Assembly (NCBI GenBank): GCA_964542235.1
Contig: CAZITT010000001.1
Location: 1-46,775, forward strand
Reading direction: 5' to 3'
DNA: 46,775 nucleotides
Source: an uncultured Muribaculaceae bacterium
GTDB taxonomy: Bacteria; Bacillota_I; Bacilli_A; RF39; UBA660
Numbering within the stretch: position 1 is the stretch's first letter; the number at the start of each line of letters is the position of its first letter. Positions 45,216 to 46,775 of this stretch are shown here, in pieces. A program made the translations under genes and the position numbers. The notes beneath the pieces were generated by a model that ran no database searches, had not been told where the DNA came from, and saw only the letters and a program-made list of their open reading frames with translations.

Positions 45216-45224
45216 ATTTTATCA
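45216..45224 (-). promoter_or_regulatory. extended -10 promoter element for the CotH-led operon
   Basis: The minus strand reads TGaTAAAAT, 37 nt upstream of the GTG start, in the 57 nt gap after mutM. Confidence 0.4.
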
Positions 45225-45236
45225 TATGATTTCGAC

Positions 45237-46067
45237 TTATTCAACCACTTTTTGACATATTGGACAATAGTAGGTACTTCGCCCATTTATCTTTTCTCTT
45301 ACTATTATATTACTACAATTAGGACATTTTTCTTTTTCTTTTTTATGAACTAACAAATCATTTTGAAATAATCCTGTTATTCCCTCATCAGAGGTATAAC
45401 TTCTAATAGTTGTTCCTCCTTTTTTAATCGCTTCTTCTAAAATAACTTTAGTATTATCAATAATATTTTGTAATTCTTTATTGTTTAAATCTTTACCTTT
45501 TTTATAGGGATTAATCTTTGATAAGAATAATATCTCATCAGCATAAATATTGCCAATTCCAGCGATAATGCTTTGATCAAGTAATAATGTTTTGATAGGA
45601 ATGATTTTATTTTGATATTTTTCTTTTAAATAATCAATGTTAAGTTTATCATCCCATGGCTCTAAGCCTATTTTAGAAAGAGGCGTATTAGTAAACAATT
45701 TATCTTTTTCTACTAAATACATTCTACCAAACTTTCTCGTATCTTGATATCTTAACTGACTATCATCATCAAAAGTAATAGTAAGATGTTCATGCTTTAA
45801 AATAGGATCTTTTGTATTTTTATAAAAGAATTTCCCCTCCATTCGCAGATGACTTAAAAGATAATAGTTATCTAAGTTAAATATAAGCCATTTACCTAAC
45901 CTATCTATATCTATTATTTTTGTATTTTTTATTAATTTTAAAAATTCTTCTATTTTAGGATAGGCTATCATTTTAGGATAAAATACTTTAGCCTCTTTGA
46001 TATTTTTATTTAATATTTTTCTTTTTAATGTATTTTTTACTGTTTCTACTTCTGGTAATTCAGGCAT
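45237..46067 (-). CDS. mutM: formamidopyrimidine-DNA glycosylase
   Basis: N-terminal MPELPEVETV, H2TH region, and a C-terminal zinc finger CPNC-x16-CPIC. Confidence 0.95.
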   Translation of the reverse strand: MPELPEVETVKNTLKRKILNKNIKEAKVFYPKMIAYPKIEEFLKLIKNTKIIDIDRLGKWLIFNLDNYYLLSHLRMEGKFFYKNTKDPILKHEHLTITFDDDSQLRYQDTRKFGRMYLVEKDKLFTNTPLSKIGLEPWDDKLNIDYLKEKYQNKIIPIKTLLLDQSIIAGIGNIYADEILFLSKINPYKKGKDLNNKELQNIIDNTKVILEEAIKKGGTTIRSYTSDEGITGLFQNDLLVHKKEKEKCPNCSNIIVREKINGRSTYYCPICQKVVE

Positions 46068-46085
46068 ATTATCACCTCTATATAT

Positions 46086-46094
46086 ATTATATCA
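46086..46094 (-). promoter_or_regulatory. extended -10 promoter element for mutM
   Basis: The minus strand reads TGATATAAT. RBS GAGGTGAT lies ahead of the ATG at 46067. Confidence 0.4.
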
Positions 46095-46101
46095 TTTTAA
46101 A

Positions 46102-46130
46102 TTTTAAAAAAACAAGTTTTACCTTGTTTT
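46102..46130 (-). terminator. rho-independent terminator of the deacetylase gene
   Basis: The minus strand reads AAAACAAGgtaaaaCTTGTTTT followed by further Ts. The 5' arm overlaps the last codons and the stop. Confidence 0.55.
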
Positions 46131-46775
46131 ACGATATATTTTCCCATCAACAATTTCTTTATTATAATTTTTTAAAGCATTTGTTAATGTCATGAATTTA
46201 TAATCTTGTTCTAATAAAAGTGGAATTAACTTTTTGATTCCTTCTAATGTTGTTTCATATATATCATGAAATAATGCAATAGAACCATCTTTAATACATT
46301 CTATTTCCTTTAAAGTAATTTCAGTCATAGTATCAGGATTTTTATTTTCCCAATCTCTAGAATCACAAGACCATAAAATTACAGGTATAATTGTGTCATC
46401 TATAACACTAATGGTACCATCACTATTACCTGTTTCTTTTAAACCTATTGATTTAATGTTTTCTAACAATTCTTCCGTATATCTTCCTCCCCTTGGACGA
46501 TATGCAGTTGTATATGGTATTTCAAATGAATCTAATATTTGCATTGATTTCAATAATTTTTTTTCAACTGTTTCTCTCGTTTCTTCTGTTAAATATTCAT
46601 GGGAGCTATGAAGACAAATTTCATGTCCTTCTTCACAAGCTCTTTTTATTACATCCTTATATTTTTCTACATTATAGTCAACTACAAAGAATGTAACTTT
46701 AATATCATATTCTTTTAATATATCTAATATTTTTGATGTATATACTGATGGACCATCATCAAATGTTAATGTTAT
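46119..46775 (-). CDS. polysaccharide deacetylase (NodB homology domain), 5' end outside the window
   Basis: The frame is open to the window edge, well beyond the internal Met used by the ORF track. Translation from 46775 gives ITLTFDDGPSVYTSKIL...EGHEICLHSSHEY...YRPRGG, covering NodB motifs TFDDG, H-x-x-x-H and RPP/RPRGG. Confidence 0.85.
   Translation of the reverse strand: MTLTFDDGPSVYTSKILDILKEYDIKVTFFVVDYNVEKYKDVIKRACEEGHEICLHSSHEYLTEETRETVEKKLLKSMQILDSFEIPYTTAYRPRGGRYTEELLENIKSIGLKETGNSDGTISVIDDTIIPVILWSCDSRDWENKNPDTMTEITLKEIECIKDGSIALFHDIYETTLEGIKKLIPLLLEQDYKFMTLTNALKNYNKEIVDGKIYRKTR

Noticed and set aside
1-46775. Looked for CRISPR arrays, IS elements, integrases, phage genes, and recognisable toxin-antitoxin or defence cassettes
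   Set aside because: There are no regularly spaced direct repeats. No transposase, recombinase, integrase, nuclease-helicase or methylase-like ORFs were seen. Intergenic regions are short and explained by promoters, terminators and tRNAs. A by-eye scan cannot exclude short dispersed repeats.

Overview
Very AT-rich, gene-dense chromosomal segment from a low-GC Gram-positive (Firmicutes-type) bacterium. It uses the standard code: TGA, TAG and TAA all act as stops. All domain calls come from reading motifs by eye; no searches were run. About 40 real CDSs and 4 tRNAs (Gly-CCC partial, Cys-GCA, Glu-CUC, Met-CAU) are supported. No transposase, integrase, CRISPR array or rRNA was seen. Housekeeping and repair genes include cca-dnaD-nth, recU-ponA, mutM, tmcAL, a UDG-family gene and a FlaR-like ATPase. 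The rest is dominated by cell-envelope functions: YfhO, two membrane-anchored thioredoxin-fold proteins, an LCP ligase, an ltaS operon carrying a degenerate-GGDEF sensor, and a polysaccharide deacetylase cut by the window edge. The main candidate for an undescribed system is a co-directional, almost gapless ~18 kb minus-strand operon (27238-45179). It is led by a signal-anchored CotH kinase-like protein, a VTC polyphosphate-polymerase-domain protein and a DUF4956 membrane protein. Downstream lie a NAGPA-like phosphodiester glycosidase, Wzy, Wzx, four glycosyltransferase units, a polytopic-membrane/beta-propeller fusion, ugd and gtrB-gtrA. A second candidate is a dockerin-bearing SH3-GH73 peptidoglycan hydrolase next to a membrane-anchored cohesin-like protein. 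Smaller oddities are an in-frame TAG at a conserved Trp position in the UDG gene, a G-rich-loop hairpin, and a small-ORF/glycine-zipper gene pair beside the tRNAs.
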